64,000 nt of DNA from the human T2T-CHM13v2.0 reference genome, Homo sapiens (GCF_009914755.1 NC_060928.1), one strand, 5' to 3'; shown: positions 12,246 to 28,239, numbered from the stretch's first letter. Notes: generated from the sequence alone by a model not told the origin. Numbers and translations are program-made.

Positions 12246-14051
12246 GAATACTCTGCCCCTGTCTCAGTATAGACTCCTGCTCTTTCACAGAAAGAAACTG
12301 CTGGACCTCAATGACATTATCATTGAAATTTCTTCAGACTTTCTTCCTTCCCTTGGATTTTAATATACCCTCTCAATTATCCTAATGAACTAGACTCTTA
12401 TTTCTCCAAGCTATACTTTCTTGAAACCTAAAAGTCTTCCAGGTCTGGGATCCATGTGACTATTTCTTACTATGCTCAATTCGGGCTCTTCCTTTTCAGT
12501 GGTATTAAACATCCTTAAAAGTCTTAAATTTTCAGTGGTTTTCTTTTAGTTTGGAAGAATCAATTTCAATGAGGTCCTCCTGTGGTAGGCTTTCTATTTA
12601 TCTTAGGTTTGACCCAAATTCATTCATATCTTTAGGACCTACTGCATAATGAATATTATCTCAGTTCCAAATCTTCTGGACTATGGAACTGGTATTTCTA
12701 TACACTGTGAGTTCTTTAATCTGAGTTTCTACATTAGGGATCAGTGTGAGAAGCCCCTCCTCTTGGATGTAACTGTCATTATAGGCTACCAGTTATACTT
12801 TAATTAAAATGGCAAAGGTGTTCTTTAAACTTGAGCTCCGAGGTGGTTTATGCAGCTGGTACTATTTTTTTAAAGGAAAGTAAAGAAAACTGACATTTTC
12901 ATTCTTAGTATATCTATCCCAGATTACATTTTCAAGTCAACTCTCTGCTTGAAAGATAGATCTCATTGGCATACTTATTCTTGGCATATAACAATGATTA
13001 TCACACACAGTGTTTGAATACCACTTTAATATTTACCAGGAGTTGTAAGTCCTTTATCTTTTTTGTTCATCAATAGCCCAATGAAGCTTATAGGGCAAGA
13101 ATTATTGTTATTCCCAGTGTGTAGATGACACAATTAGGTTTAATGAAGTTAAGAGTCTTGCCTAAGATCACATAGACAGTAAATGGTATTCCAATGTCTC
13201 CTGAATCTGGATTCTACTCTTTCAATTAGGCTCTACAATTTTCTACCTAGATTTTGTTGATGGAACTTATTCCTTGTAATATTCTGTCAACTTTATTCTA
13301 CCAAGGTTAGGAAGGCCTCTGGGCAGTCCAAATCATTCACCTTGGATTTCAGATATACTCACCAGAGTGAGTGTAGAATGGAAACCAGAGTGGGTAGGTA
13401 TGGATTCTATTTATATTCTGTCTCTTGGAGAAGATAATTTGCCTTTACAAGAATTCATTTCCTCATAACTAAAATAAATGACGAAATGATATTCAATTTC
13501 CTTCTAGCCCACACATATAGTATTCTCCTACTTGTCATCCTTGGTTGCAAAGCCCGTATGTATCTTATCTTTGAGAGTTTCACTCTATGCTACTTATTTG
13601 CATTAAATACTCTTACCTAATTTCTGCTTTCTATTTTTGAAGAAACGAAATTAGATCTGGTAGAAAGACCTCTAATCACCTTTATATAAAATCTTTTTAT
13701 ATGCCTGTGTGTCAAAAACTTTCAGAGCTACCTAGTTACACATGACAATATTCTTACAGTCCTGTGATAACCAATGGTTTCTAACATTTCTGACATCATT
13801 GCATCTTTATCATAGTATTTTCAGTCAAATTTGTAAAATATTTAGAGAAACTGACACTTTTGGAGATATGTTTTATTTATTCAGATGATGAGTCACTACA
13901 AGTCAGTTAAGACTGAAAAATGATTCCTCTATGAAAGAGCCTTTTGGGAACAAAATTATACAGCTCTCTCTAAGGTTATAAAAGCTCACTAAAATAACTT
14001 TATATTCACGTTATGCAGAGTGCATTAGTCACCAAAAATTAGACAACTGGA

Positions 14052-14486
14052 TGTTATGAACTGAAGTGGGTCTTTCCAAGTTTCATCTGTTGAAGCTGTA
14101 ACCCTCAAAACCTCAGACTATGGCTGTATTGGCTGTTAGGGCCTTTAAAGAGTTAATTAAGTTAAAATAAGGGATCTTTTGTTTGTTTGTTTTTGGAGTT
14201 TTAGGGTGGGCCTTAATCCAATTTGACTAGTGTTTCTATTAAAAAAGGAGATTAGGACATACAGAGAGATACCAGGCGTGAACATGTACAGAGAAAAGAC
14301 CATATGAGGAGGGAGCAAGAGGGCATCATCTATAAGTCTCTGCAAACAGGCCTCAGAGGAAGCCAAACCTGCCAACACCTCGATCCTGGACTTCCAGGCT
14401 CCAGGATATGTGAGAAAGTACCTTTCTGTTGTCTAAGTCATCTGGTCTGTATTATTTTATTATGGCAGCCCTAGCAGGCTAATATT
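14052..14486 (+). mobile_element. MaLR solo LTR (MLT1A/B-like)
   Basis: TGTTATGAACTGAA...AGGGTGGGCCTTAATCCAAT...CCTGCCAACACCTCGATCCTGGACTTCCAG...TTATGGCAGCCCTAGCAGGCTAATA. Confidence 0.85.
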
Positions 14487-14753
14487 CTGGCCTTACTCAT
14501 TTTTTTTTTTTTAATTTTGTAGAATTGGTGAAGAATTTTATTCATACCCAACTGGGTGAAAATAAACCTGCTATAACATAGCCATGCTGTGGAGTATGTG
14601 ACATGTGTATTCCATGTCTCTAGACAGCGCTGGATTTTCCTTTTCACGTATCCACCCTCTACCATTTCATGCCCAGTGGGCTGTCCTTAACATTTCCCAT
14701 CACCTAAACAGTGGATGATCTGAAATGACCTTTTATACTTACACACTGGAAGA

Positions 14754-15156
14754 TGTCTTAGTCCATTTCTTCTGCTGTATGTAACAAAATATCACAGACT
14801 GGGTAATTTACAAATAGCATAAATTTATTGCTCAAAGTTATGGAAGTTGAAGTCCAAGACCAATATGCCAGCAGTTAAATATCTGGTGAGGGTTGCTTTC
14901 TACTTCTAAGATGGTGCTTTGAACGCTGCCTCCTCTTGAGGGGGTGGACACGATGTCCCTAAACGGTAGAAGGGCACAGGGAAACGAACAAAAGGGCCTC
15001 GCTAGTTCCCTCTGGCCCTTTTATAAGGCATCCCATTCTTGAGGGCAGAGCCCTCATGGCCTAAACAACTCCTAAAGAACTCACCTCTTAATACTGCATT
15101 GGGGATTACCTTTCAGCAAGAATTTTGGAGGGGACACAAATATTAAAACCATAGCA
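14754..15156 (-). mobile_element. MaLR solo LTR (MST-like)
   Basis: TGTCTTAGTCCATTT...AAACCATAGCA termini; 5-bp flanks GAAGA / AAAGA. Confidence 0.85.
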
Positions 15157-16149
15157 AAAGATTATGCTTTAGTTATTTTTTAAATTTTCATTCATCAAAT
15201 ATTTATTTAGTGCTACTATGCACCACGTGCTGGAGATACATCACAGAATAAATTAAATGAAAGTCTCTCCATGTTTGGAGCACTCATTGTAAAGATGGAA
15301 GAAAACAAAAAATATGAATAAGTACAATATCTTAGTATTTAAGACAGTGATAACAACAAGGAAAAATAAGGCTGATGAGGCCTAAGAAGGCTAGAGGTTG
15401 CATGAACAAGATTGGCTATGTGTGGCATCAAAATCTCCTATTTTGTAAAACAGCAGGAGGGATCAATGAGCACCAAGGCAGAAATGTGGAGTAACAAGGG
15501 GCAGAGGATGACTGAGGGCCCATTGCAAGGCTGGCTCTAAAGATGAGCCTGATTAAGTATTTTATAGGACAAATTGGAAGTAGTCTTCAAAGATGATCCC
15601 TGTTTTCCCAGGAAAGGGCCAGAGGCCAGGGCTTGCACTAAATGAGCTGGATTTTCTTGTGGTGATGATTCCTTAGACTTGGGCTCCATTAGCCTAATTG
15701 TTTACGTGGATAGAGACAGAGTCATCAAGACCCTCTAGCAGCCATAAAAGGGTAGCCAAAAACCTACCTGAGCATATCAGTCCCTTCTTACCTCCTTTTA
15801 AGTCAGCCCTTCATCAATAGCTATCCTCTGTTTTGTAAATATGCAACTGATGTTTTCCAATAATTTACCACAGTTTTAGCCCAGGGTTTCATCATTTATT
15901 TTTGGCAGTAGATATCTCTAAGTTATGAGATTATGAGTGATTTTTTTCTTCTTTTTACTTATTGGACTTCTACATTTTCTACCATAAACAGGAAAAAGTT
16001 TTGATAGATAAAAGTATAGCAGCAGATATTAAAATGTCATTAGAGATGACAACTCTATCACCATAACTCACGATTCAAATTTCTCCCATTTTCATTCAGT
16101 CCTTGTCAAAATGCATACATATTGAAAAATGTTTCAGAGAGTAGAGAAA

Positions 16150-16340
16150 CAGCAAGAGCTAACAATTTTGAGGGCCTATCATGAACAAGGTATGTGTGAA
16201 GCATAGATATCACAATTTAATCCTTACAATAACTTTATAAGTTCCCTGTTGGACAGATGAAGAAACTGAGGCTCAGAAAGGTTGAATAACTTACCTAAGA
16301 TCACCCAGCCAGTAAATGTTAGAACTGAGACTGGAAGCCA
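16150..16340 (-). mobile_element. MIR SINE
   Basis: ACAGATGAAGAAACTGAGGCTCAGAAAGGTTGAATAACTTACCTAAGATCACCCAGC. Confidence 0.8.
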
Positions 16341-17449
16341 ATAGTCCATGTCCTCTGTGATATGAATCCTGGCATGGAAGGAACTTGGTATGGTAAGGAC
16401 AACTTTGGAACTGACAGTCTGGCCCCAGAATTAATTAATATTAGTTAATTAATATTAAGACCCTTGAGCAAAAGGGATAAAAATAGTTCCTACACTGGCA
16501 GAAAGCTTTTTAGGGAGTTGGAACAGGGTTGACACATGTGCATGAAAGCTTGAGTTTGCCCCTGGGAAGATACTTGCAATTTCATAATTGATTGATGCCA
16601 CTCAAATGGCTTCCAAACTAGCCTGGGGGAAATTCACCATGCTTCTTACAGAGCCTTAGAAATTCTATCTTAACAAATACTTGTAATTACATGTTCTATG
16701 CCTATCTTCCCTACCACATTTTCTACTATGAATACTTTTGTGTTCCTGGTTTTCTAGACAGTGTTTTCCATATAATATACAATTAATTAAAAATTTATTG
16801 AATGAAGGAATTAAATTAATTGAGAGACCTGTAAGAAAATGAAAGAAGTAAGGCCCAGAATAAAAGCCTTTGGGGAAGCCCTCTCTCACCTGCATGAGGA
16901 CATCATTGGGGGCCACCAAAATGGTAAAACTGGTGGTGGTGGGTCTGGAAATAAGCATTGGCTAAGCATGGTTGGACCAGGTGAGTATGTAAGGTGGTGA
17001 TTGTGGTTGCCATTGATGTAGACACAGGCATCACACACTCTCATAGGCAGTCTGGCCTTGGAGCACAGAGCAGCACATGCAAGGATAAAAGAAAAACTTT
17101 AATTTGGGTGCTGTTGCAGGAGGAGAGAAAAACTGGAGTATGGGACATCTCATTAGTTCTTGCAGTGGGGAATGCAAAGGCTGCTGTTTAACTTTGTATT
17201 AGTATTCACATCTTTATTTCCTTCCACAGGCTACTGTGGTCTTGGGAATTAAATGTAACTCACTGTTTTTACAGTTTTAATCTATATGTAGTTAAAAATT
17301 TGCCTTTTGCTTCAATTATGTTTCAGATTAGTATTTAATAGTATATTTGTTTACAATATTTTTTCTTCATACCCAAAATTGCATATTGACCTATGTCTTA
17401 TGTATATTTTTTACCATTGGGAATTAAAGAATTTTATATCTAAAAGTGA

Positions 17450-17749
<300 letters not shown>

Positions 17750-20520
17750 TAAAAGTGACTTTTTACAGTAATACGATCCAGCTGTCATTTTGCAGATGTA
17801 GAAACTTAAATATAGAGAATTTAATGCACTCATAGCACAAATTTGCACAAGGCAAGAAGTAGAACGGATGACTCTGTCTCTTAATCCATTGCTCTTTCTA
17901 CTCTAATCCTCTGCTGCCAAGACTGCTGGAGAAATGTGCACAAGAATGTTAATTTGTGCCATGCACAACCCTGGTATCCAACTTTATCTACACCCTCAAT
18001 TTTCTTAGAAGGAGAAACCAAATACACAAAATTATGCCTATTGATTTTTCCTCTTCAACTACTAATACCGTACCTCACAATGTGCAAGGAAAGAGGGTGG
18101 GATGTTATTGAACTAAACCTCTTTTGTCAATATGATATTATTACTGTGTGTGTTTTACAAGGTCAAAGGAATTCAGAAAGAAAAAAATATTTTTCCTGTT
18201 GACACATTGAAATGGGACATTGGTTTATAAATGATGACTATTATTTTTATAGATTAAGGAAATTATTGTTATCTACTTTAACAACTTAGATAAGCCCAAA
18301 ACTATATTTGACATAAATTTCATTAAACAACAATTTATTACTTTCTAATTTTGAATATATTTTCTTTTGTTTACATATGTAGTCTAAATGCCTAAAATAT
18401 CAACTGGTATGTAATAAACATTCCATAAATGCTTGTGGGATATTTGTTAAACAGTTTATAGAAAGTGGGAATCATTAATGGACTGCCTCATGGTCTAATG
18501 AAGAATCTCTACCATACAACATTGCTTGTTGAAGCTGCTTGTCAACTTTGCTTTTCGTTGTGATGTTTAAAATCTAAGTTTTTGAATTGTTCACTTCAAG
18601 GATTTTTGTCTCTAAAAATCCCATTTGGAACAGGAAAGAATGGGGTATAAGCATGATGTTTCTTATCACGTAGATTCTCATTTGCACTGATACTACATAG
18701 TGTCAGCATATAAAGTGTTCAGTGTTTGGACTCCATGCAGCTCTGTGTGCGTTTAAGTAAACACGAGAAAGACTTGCTATTTAAATAGTTGAGAAACTAC
18801 ATTTAGAATTAACTTTATCTCCAAACACTTGGTTTCGCAAACCTAGGCATGAAACACTGGCACTGGGGAAAAGAGAAATAGAGAGTAATTTATTTCCTTA
18901 ACTAGATTTCATTAAACGTGATGTTTACTTGCCTTTTTCATTTGTGATGGACTGACTTTTTAGTTCTCGTTAATGGACTCATTTAGATTTATACCCCTAT
19001 AGACCTTTAGCTGCATTTTTTTTTTATCTTGAATTTGTGGTGAAATATTCTCTTTTTGTAAAGATAAAATGACCAAAAATGTGTTTTATGAAAGGAAATG
19101 TGAGCTCAACATTTAAATAAGAGGTTAAAAAAATTGGACTCAAAGAAAATTCACATACACATAAATAAATTATATATACATTGCATTGGTCTGGTCTACC
19201 ATCATCTAAAACCATACTTGTCATCACATGCTTATCTTACATTGTTGCCATGTTTTATTATTTCTGAGTGCTTTCATACCTTATCTTATTTGGCCTTTAT
19301 ACTAACTCTGAGAAATCTAAGATGGGTATTGTTATCTCCATTAAAAAAATTAATCAATGAGGAAACAGCCTCATGTTGTATGATTAGGACTTATGGGTAA
19401 TTCCATCAGGACCAAACCCAAGTTCTATGATTTCTTCTCTGAAGCTCTGTTCACAACATCCAACCTGTCTGAGTGATGGTTATCCTTTCAAAGATGGGTA
19501 GACCTCTCTTGGCTCCTTTCTCTAAAGCATAAGTGGATGTTTCTTACATGAGATAAATTAGGCTTTGCAGTGTGATTTACATTAGGGAAGGACAAGTGTC
19601 TGTTTCTGCTCTTTCATTTCTCCTCATTGGAATTCAGTCTTAGAAGAGGAATCAGTCTTTTTCATGAGTAGCAACAGAGAAAAAATCTCACTGGTATGCA
19701 TGTGTATAGTCCAAATTAGACAAAGAAGCAGAAACCTTGGTCTCAGACTACATGAAAATATGTATAAGAGAATATAACATTTTTCAGCCTAAATATGAAA
19801 ATAGTAATCAAGGGATAATTATTATTATTGGGAATATCATGAGATGTCACTTCAAGCCAGAGATATCAAAGATACAGTCATACTGGCTGAGAAAACGAGA
19901 ACATTGTCATCACAAGCATTATCTCTTGCAGGCCTCTGAGACCCATTCCTTCCTTCTTTCACTCCACATGCACCCACCACACACAGACAATACCATGCAC
20001 ACTAGTTGCATGTGTTGCCTGAGGGGATACCTACTGATTTGATGGGAAATGAGGCAGACACTGTAGGAGCTATGTACCTACATTCCAAATAAACATTTGC
20101 TGAAGATGACTTGATTGGAATTCACGTAATTTTTTGCCAGGTATGACAGTAATAATGCCTGACAAGAGGAAACCTGTCAATTGATTTCACGGAGATGCCC
20201 CTTAGGGTTCCCTAGGCCCTGACATTACAAAAACAGCAAATTATACAAGTGGCTCACAAGGCCATCACCATGACCACTTACAACTTGTGTTCTCTCTGCT
20301 AGTCACAAGCCTTGAGCCATCAATGGGATATACAATGTGTTGTGTTTCCAGAGGTAATAATGGATTTTGATTGATCCTCCATCACTCTTTATCCTTGTGA
20401 GGAAGAGCATGGCTTCATACAATGTCTGACTAGACCAAGAACAGCATGGAGTTAACTACATTATGCTATGTTATATTACTTTTTTTTATATTTTCACTTT
20501 TTATGCTTGTTTTAGTTTGA

Positions 20521-20824
<304 letters not shown>

Positions 20825-21306
20825 GCTTTTTGGTTACTTTTTTACATTCTCAATCTACTTGGAAGGCAGAAGAGTTTCCCTATGAAGCTTCTATAATTAC
20901 ATTTCCTCCACCATAATGAGCTCAAACTGACCACCTATCTTTCAATCCCAAATCAAATTCCTAGGAGGGAGAATGCCATTTGTTCAGCATGAGCCGAGTC
21001 CCCACATCCGGTCCAGTCAGTAGGAATGGAACAGAATTATGTGTGGATATTTGCAATTGAGGACACTTCGTGACAGCCAGCAGGCAACTTCCAGGGAAGG
21101 GAGCCACCACGCTACTCTGAAACGATCACCCAAGGGTGGGCCTCCAAGAGTGTTGTAGAAACAATAATGACATAAACTCACATTTGGATGGCACTTTAAA
21201 GGTTACAGTATGCTTTTGTATACCTTTTTGTGTTTGTTTCATAATAATGGTGAAAGAGAGGATTTTGGAGGAGAGGAAGACCACATAAAATATATTCATA
21301 AATGTC

Positions 21307-21615
<309 letters not shown>

Positions 21616-21621
21616 TCTATG

Positions 21622-21624
<3 letters not shown>

Positions 21625-21654
<30 letters not shown>
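21625..21654. repeat. (CT)15 microsatellite
   Basis: Perfect CT dinucleotide run just after the Alu tail. Confidence 0.95.
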
Positions 21655-21656
<2 letters not shown>

Positions 21657-21751
21657 CATCTATCCATAAATATCTCTAAATACTGACACACATATTTTAA
21701 AAACCTCTACCTACAGAGTTTATACTATGATTTAGTGAATTATTATGGTCC

Positions 21752-21789
21752 GTGTGTGTGTTGTGTGTGCGTGTGTATGTGTGTGTGTG
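21752..21789. repeat. Imperfect (GT)n microsatellite
   Basis: GTGTGTGTGTTGTGTGTGCGTGTGTATGTGTGTGTGTG. Confidence 0.85.
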
Positions 21790-22694
21790 GGGGTGAAACA
21801 ATAAAACAAAGAAATAACAAATAAAAACAGTAGAATAAAGCAATATAAACAATATTTTGCAAGAAAGTGACAGTACACTGAAAAAAAACTTAAAGAGTGA
21901 AAGCAAATGTAAATGTAGTCACGGAACTTAAAAGTTGTAAAGATTTGTATATAAACAATTTGTATGTAAACAATGCTAAGAATTTGGAAAGTGACAAGAA
22001 GTTTTCTTTCACATACCAAATGTACTTGAACTCTGAAGCTACCCAAGAAAGGGATCCTACTGGGTGCATGACTCAGGAATTCTACTGCATGAAAAGAGCC
22101 AAGCTAATGATGGTAGAGTGAGGAAGAAAAATGCAGATGTAAGCTCAAAGCTAAAAAGCAAGGCCAGGAAGTGCTGGGAAGAAAACACTGGAAGATCAGA
22201 GATGAGGGAACTGGAAGCCAGCAGGTGTCACCGATCAAGACAGAAGCTGAGCTAAAAAGCTGGGGAAAAGCTGGGCAGGCATTTCTGGGCTCAGAGCCCA
22301 GGAAACACTGTCTTAGTTGGTAGATCAGGTGTCTAACAGGGAGGGAATTCTCATTTGAAGCTTGAAATGGGCTTGAAGTTAAAAAAGGCAAAGCATCCAC
22401 CCTTTTTCAAAACAAAGACATGAAATAAAATTCAGTCCAAGCTGGAGGCTGAAGTAGAAAATCCCAAAGTCAAGTTCTAAAGGAAAGGTTCATGGAAAGG
22501 AAGAGGGAGTAACTTTAGAGAGTTCCTGACAGGGCATACCAATGCTTAACCCTGTGTGGAATGGCTTGAATCTCAGAGGAATCTGTACTTGAAATGTGTG
22601 TCTAATTTTCAGTTCCTCCTCTGAGGCTTACACCCACAGTGGTCGAATATTCCATGGACTGCACTGAGGTGGTCACGATGATAGCCCTGTAGCC

Positions 22695-22877
22695 TCACTG
22701 TCCCATGCCACTAGTCATATGTGCTTACTTAAATCCAATTTTAAATGAATTAAAGTCCAGCTTCTTAGTCACTGTAGTCACATTTCAAGGGTCAATAGCC
22801 ACATGAAAACAACAATTGGACAGCACATATATGGAGCATTTGTATCACCACAGAAAATCCTATTGGATAGCACTGCT
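22695..22877. mobile_element. hAT-Charlie MITE (MER3/MER33-like)
   Basis: GCCACTAGTCATATGTG...CACATTTCAAGGGTCAATAGCCACATG...CACAGAAAATCCTATTGGATAGCACTG. Confidence 0.7.
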
Positions 22878-24812
22878 CTAGAGAAAAAATGATCAAGGGA
22901 GACCCTGAATTTAAGGTTTTCATCTGGGAGGGGAAGATATCTCCTTCTAATTCCTGGGAGAAATCCCAAAATAAAGGAATCTGCAGAAAAGAAGATCCCT
23001 GTATTTTAGAGTTGCCAAATTTTGTCACAACATCCCGACCCCCTCAGGTTCCCTCTGTCTTCTTTCCTCCCCTTTCCCTTTTTAATATTTTCTGTCACAG
23101 AAAGCAATAGGGCAGGCAAAATAAACAGAATAAGAAACTGCTTAGTCACATCAGCAGGGCTTCTTTGAGGACAGATACAGTGTCCTTTTTGGTCCCCATT
23201 GTTTGCTGCAGGCTCAACACTCCGTATGTGCAGATCTCTTTCATGGCCCCTTGGGGATCACTGACATCACTTAAGAAATCCTAGGATTCTCCCAGTATGT
23301 ATTCCTGGCAACCATAAGTAAGTTTTATACAGTTACATGCTCCAGTTCACTATCCTGGTTGTTATTATTTAATCAACAGGGTAAGTCATCACTTCTGATC
23401 AAGAGGATTGGTGGGTGGGGGCTTGGGGGGTGCAGCAGCCTCCAGGATGGAGAATACCCACATACACAAAATGCAGCCTATTCTGTGGCTAGAGAAACAG
23501 GCATGAGAATAATTACCAGCCAAAAAAAAAATAATATTTTCACTGACAGTTGAGGGCAGTTAGTTTCCCAGGGAGAAGCACTGGTGGCAAAGGGCTTTAC
23601 ACAGGGAGGCCTTTGTCATTTTATGGATGCTCATCTGTCAACTGTCAGCGTGTTTCAAAGGGACTCTGCCCATAATGTTTTCCTCTGCACCTTTCCCATC
23701 ATGGTGGCCCAAATTTCCCTGACTAACCATTCGTCTTCCTATTTGCCTAGTCTGGTCTCTTACAATGAGTGGAGATGTAGTGGTGATTCTGCAGCTGCAA
23801 AGAGTGAGGAAGAGGGGCGGGTGGCCTGAAAGGGAAGGCTGGAAGGAGGGGGAGGCTCAAAGAATGAGCTTAGCATCTCTATGGAAGCACTTCTGCCCAG
23901 GGAGGAGTTTTTTTGTCTATACCGTTGTTCCTTAGGAAAAAAGGGTTGAGCCAAGTGTGAGGTTGGCAGGACAGAAGCCGGGGACCCAACAAGGCATGGT
24001 AAATCCTAACACCCCCACACCAACCCTAGCATTCTGAGGCCCCACCCACGTGACAATATCATTCTCTTGAGTTCCAGGAGGAAATTAAGTGCAATTGTCT
24101 GAGGCATGATAGTACATGAAATTGGCTGTGATGGTTGTGAATTATACATCACAGTTCTATTTGTTCTATCGCATTGTAAATATCATAAATATTTTTGGCA
24201 AGTTGGAGACCAGTGCTAAACCATGAACATCAGTAGGGTGAAATTCTGAATCTTCCACATGCTCCATGTATCTTTATCAACAAATCCCTTCAGCTTTCTA
24301 AGATTTTATTTCCTCCACTGCAAAATAGGAATGATAAAAACATCTGCCTTACAGTTGTTTGAGGATTAAATGAAATAATGAAATGAGAGAGACTCCTGAA
24401 CCTCTAACTTGGTCTTGACTGTGCTCCTTTGCTGGCTGTCCACTTTCTCATTCTTGCTCAGTATCATTTCTCTTGGATTTGACTTTTCCAAATTCTTCTT
24501 CCCCCTTCCCCTCAGTTCCAACCTCACTGTGTATGGCAGGCTGGGCTCCCAGACAGCCTCTCATAGACCCGGCTCTGCAGCCCCAGCAAGCCTGGATCCA
24601 AGAGCATGAAGTAAATAATCAAAAAGGCCATACACTGTTCACATTCCTTCATTATTTCTCTTGTGAATTTTTTGCTTATGTCCTTTACTATTTATTTAAC
24701 AGGACTTTTGCATACTGATTTTTGAAAAATGTTTATATGATAAACTTATTAGAGCTTTATTTATTTTATATGTTATTTCTTTTCTCCATTTTTTTTTTCA
24801 TTTACCTAATAA

Positions 24813-25115
<303 letters not shown>

Positions 25116-25624
25116 GATGCAAAAGTTTTAATTTTGTGCTGCATAGTCAATCTCTGTCTTTGTAGTTTCTTCTGTTTTATGTTCTAAAGTCCTTCATCCC
25201 CCTAAGATCAGACAAAAATCAATTTTTTCCTCTTCTGTTTTAAAACATAAAATATTTATTTAAAAATTAACCGATTATTTAAAATTTAAAAAATTTAACC
25301 AACTGGTTAAATTTTGGCTTTCTAGTGTCTGAAGTATTTTTGACATACATGGAATGTGCTACCGTGTGTTTTGAGAAGTTAGAAAGCCAAATTCTCGCTT
25401 CCCCATATCTGACAATTAGGTTGTATGTACAACTAGGTTGTAAATTCAGCTTGTCTAATTGATGACTCCACGCCTTACGTCCAGTGGAGTCAGTGAAATT
25501 TATAAAGCGAAACAGTTTTAAATTCACTTCAGTAGATGTGGCTCTGTCTTGGGTTCAAGTGTCATTGTGACATTGAGTATTAAGGGTCAGGGGCTCCAGG
25601 CCAACCAGGTTAGTTCTAGAGCCA

Positions 25625-25891
25625 GGCCATGACTAACCAAGACAATGCCCTTACGTAAATTAAAGAAAGGCATCCTCCAGGTGCTCATAGGCCCTTGAAT
25701 ACACAGCTTGGCCAGTAGAGCTTTTTGTGAAGACATAAGGCATCTTTTTCTCTGGGTTGATGTGGCACACACCAGGACACATGGCTTGGGGAGCAGAAGC
25801 TGGGTTGGCCCCTAATTTCAACCCCTAATTATTCCCTCAGCTAAACACCTTTGGGCAGCAAACAACCTTCATAACCATACTAGGTGGCCTT
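25625..25891 (-). mobile_element. hAT-Tip100 MER91-like element
   Basis: Reverse complement AAGGCCACCTAGTATGGTTATGAAGGTTG...GCTGAGGG...GGTTGAAAT...CCAAGCCATGTGTCCTGG resembles MER91A. Confidence 0.55.
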
Positions 25892-28239
25892 ATGTCCCAA
25901 GACAGTTTTATGAGTTTCTCATTAAATGTGTGATCTACCTAAAATCCTACCAAGACATTTCTTTTCAGCTTAAATTATTCAGAGTCAGTTTTCATTACCA
26001 GCAACCAAGAACCTAGATTGGTATAATGTTGATCTAGCTGTATAGTCATATATATGTGTGTATATTTCATTTATTTACTCAAATATCATAAATTATTAAC
26101 CTACAGACCTAGTAACATTTATTTTAATATATCTATTTCTCCTACTCTTTTGAAACCCCACCTTCATAGTAAATTATTTCTTTTATACACTAAGGTATAC
26201 TTGTAAATATTCTTCCTGTCCCATTTAATCTGTTTATTCTTACACTTGCAGGTCCCCCCTCCTCAGCCAACCTTCTGGAGGCCCCCCTACAGAGCCCACC
26301 TCTGATACTGGAAGGGCCAGAAGTATGAAGGGATACAGATAGACTTATGTGTTGGAGAAAGGAAGCTGAGGCACTTCCTGCCCGATAGTCTCCAGGGAAA
26401 TAAGAAAGAAATAGGAAGCCAGGTCAAGGATACCCAACAACTGACTTCTAAACACAAGCTGACCTTCCTGGGGGTACCTTTAAGAGCCACACTAAAGGTG
26501 CCAGTTCCTTTCTTTGAACACAAATCTATTGAAGACAGGGATTGTATCTTTCTTTCCTTACAGTCTGGTGGAAAATCTGTAGTTGCTTAATACAAAAGCA
26601 ATTGAAAACAGTTCCCTGTGACAGTGTCCAAGTGGTTTGCTTTGGTGTTTAAATAAAGCAAATTTTGAAGCAGATGAGAAATATCATTAAGCTCCCTGAC
26701 TGTGCCGTCATATTAAATTTCAGCAAACTTGGTGGCAGAAGAGAGTAAAGAACATGACATATACAAGGCTCCATCTACCTTAGCTTTTTGGCTTGAATAT
26801 GAATGAGCTGTGGCATGAAAGCTCTGTATGTGCTCAGAGCCCAAAGTCCACAGGTCATCATTGCATTTCCTTTTGCCAAAAAGATGTACACCCGATTTTC
26901 CCAGGGAAAAAAATGAGAGAAAAACCAAGTAAGAGATACTAATGGCAGTTTCTTGTGCATGCAAGCCCAGGCAACAGTGTAGTCTTCAAGAGCACAGACA
27001 CTGGAGAAGAATGTCTGGTTCAACCCTAGCTCAGTGGCCTCCTAGCTTCCATAGGCCTTGGTTTTCTCATTTGTAAAATAAGTTGGTTTTGAAACTACAT
27101 CAAGCTCTTAGAACAGTGCCTTAAACATCAATGCTATGTAGATGTTAGCTATTATTCTACTCCACATGCAGCACATGTAGGGCTAGAGGTTTTGACTATG
27201 CTACAATTTTTGATTCTGTGAACAGGAACCAGCTGTGTTCCAAGTTCTATGAACTCCAGGAAGACTTTTGATAATTGATTTTCTTAAATACCCTACTCTG
27301 TGATACACAGAGAATGGGAACCTTCTCAGTGGGCTAATATGGGGCTAGGCTCTAGTATCCCTTTTTAAATCACTACTGGCAGATCTGAACAAGGAGTTTT
27401 CATGCACAGATGACACAACTTTAGGATCACAATTTAGGTGTGGTCTTAATAGACAACTGACCTTGTTATCTAGCTTTGTTAGAGGGAAGGGCTAAGGATC
27501 AACTTCTCCAAAACCAAAGTCATTATTGTTGGCTGACTCACCTCCACTTCAACCTGACAGTCCTTTGTAGCAGCTCACTTCATTTAGAAAACCTAGGCAA
27601 AATTGTGTTGCCCATTTTGTTGAAGGACATGAGAAGTTACACCGAACGCTGAAGAAATTGGATGTGGCATAAGTGTTTTACAGAGCTTTTTAGTGGTTAA
27701 TGTAGAAAAATCTGCTTTGTAAATTGTCCAGTTAAAATTCTTACCACCCACACTCTATGGCAGAGGACACTGATGTCTTCGTTATTGGTTCTGTGCAATC
27801 AGGTAGATTAAGAGAATTACTTCCTGAAGAGAATCTTGGCCCTGCCTTGGGTCCTGTCTACTTCTCTTCAAGGGGGGCTGAGATGGCCTCTCTCCAAGGC
27901 TGTTTAGCTTTTATTCATTCTATCCCCAGCTCAGCTGGCTTTTACAACACATAGTTCTGTACTTAACTTGACACTTAAAATGACTTCACCTAAGGACTTG
28001 TTAGGAAATATATTCTCAATATCACTGCCAGTCAATAGCTATTTAAGTCTCTGGAAGACAAAAATACCCATCCTGTTGATTTGAACCCCAAGACACCTCT
28101 AAAATCCATTCTCATCTCTTCATTCCCCACGACACTCTAATCTTAGCCACTGAGTCTTTTGCAACACCAGAGCCTTCTAATTCGCTCCACGTTTACTTCT
28201 ACCTTAACCTTTCCAGTTTCCACACCTTGCTCTGAGCAA

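Noticed and set aside
12023-12363. Overlapping Leu/Ser/Phe/Pro-rich ORFs resembling membrane proteins
   Set aside because: Artefact of the CT-rich low-complexity tract.
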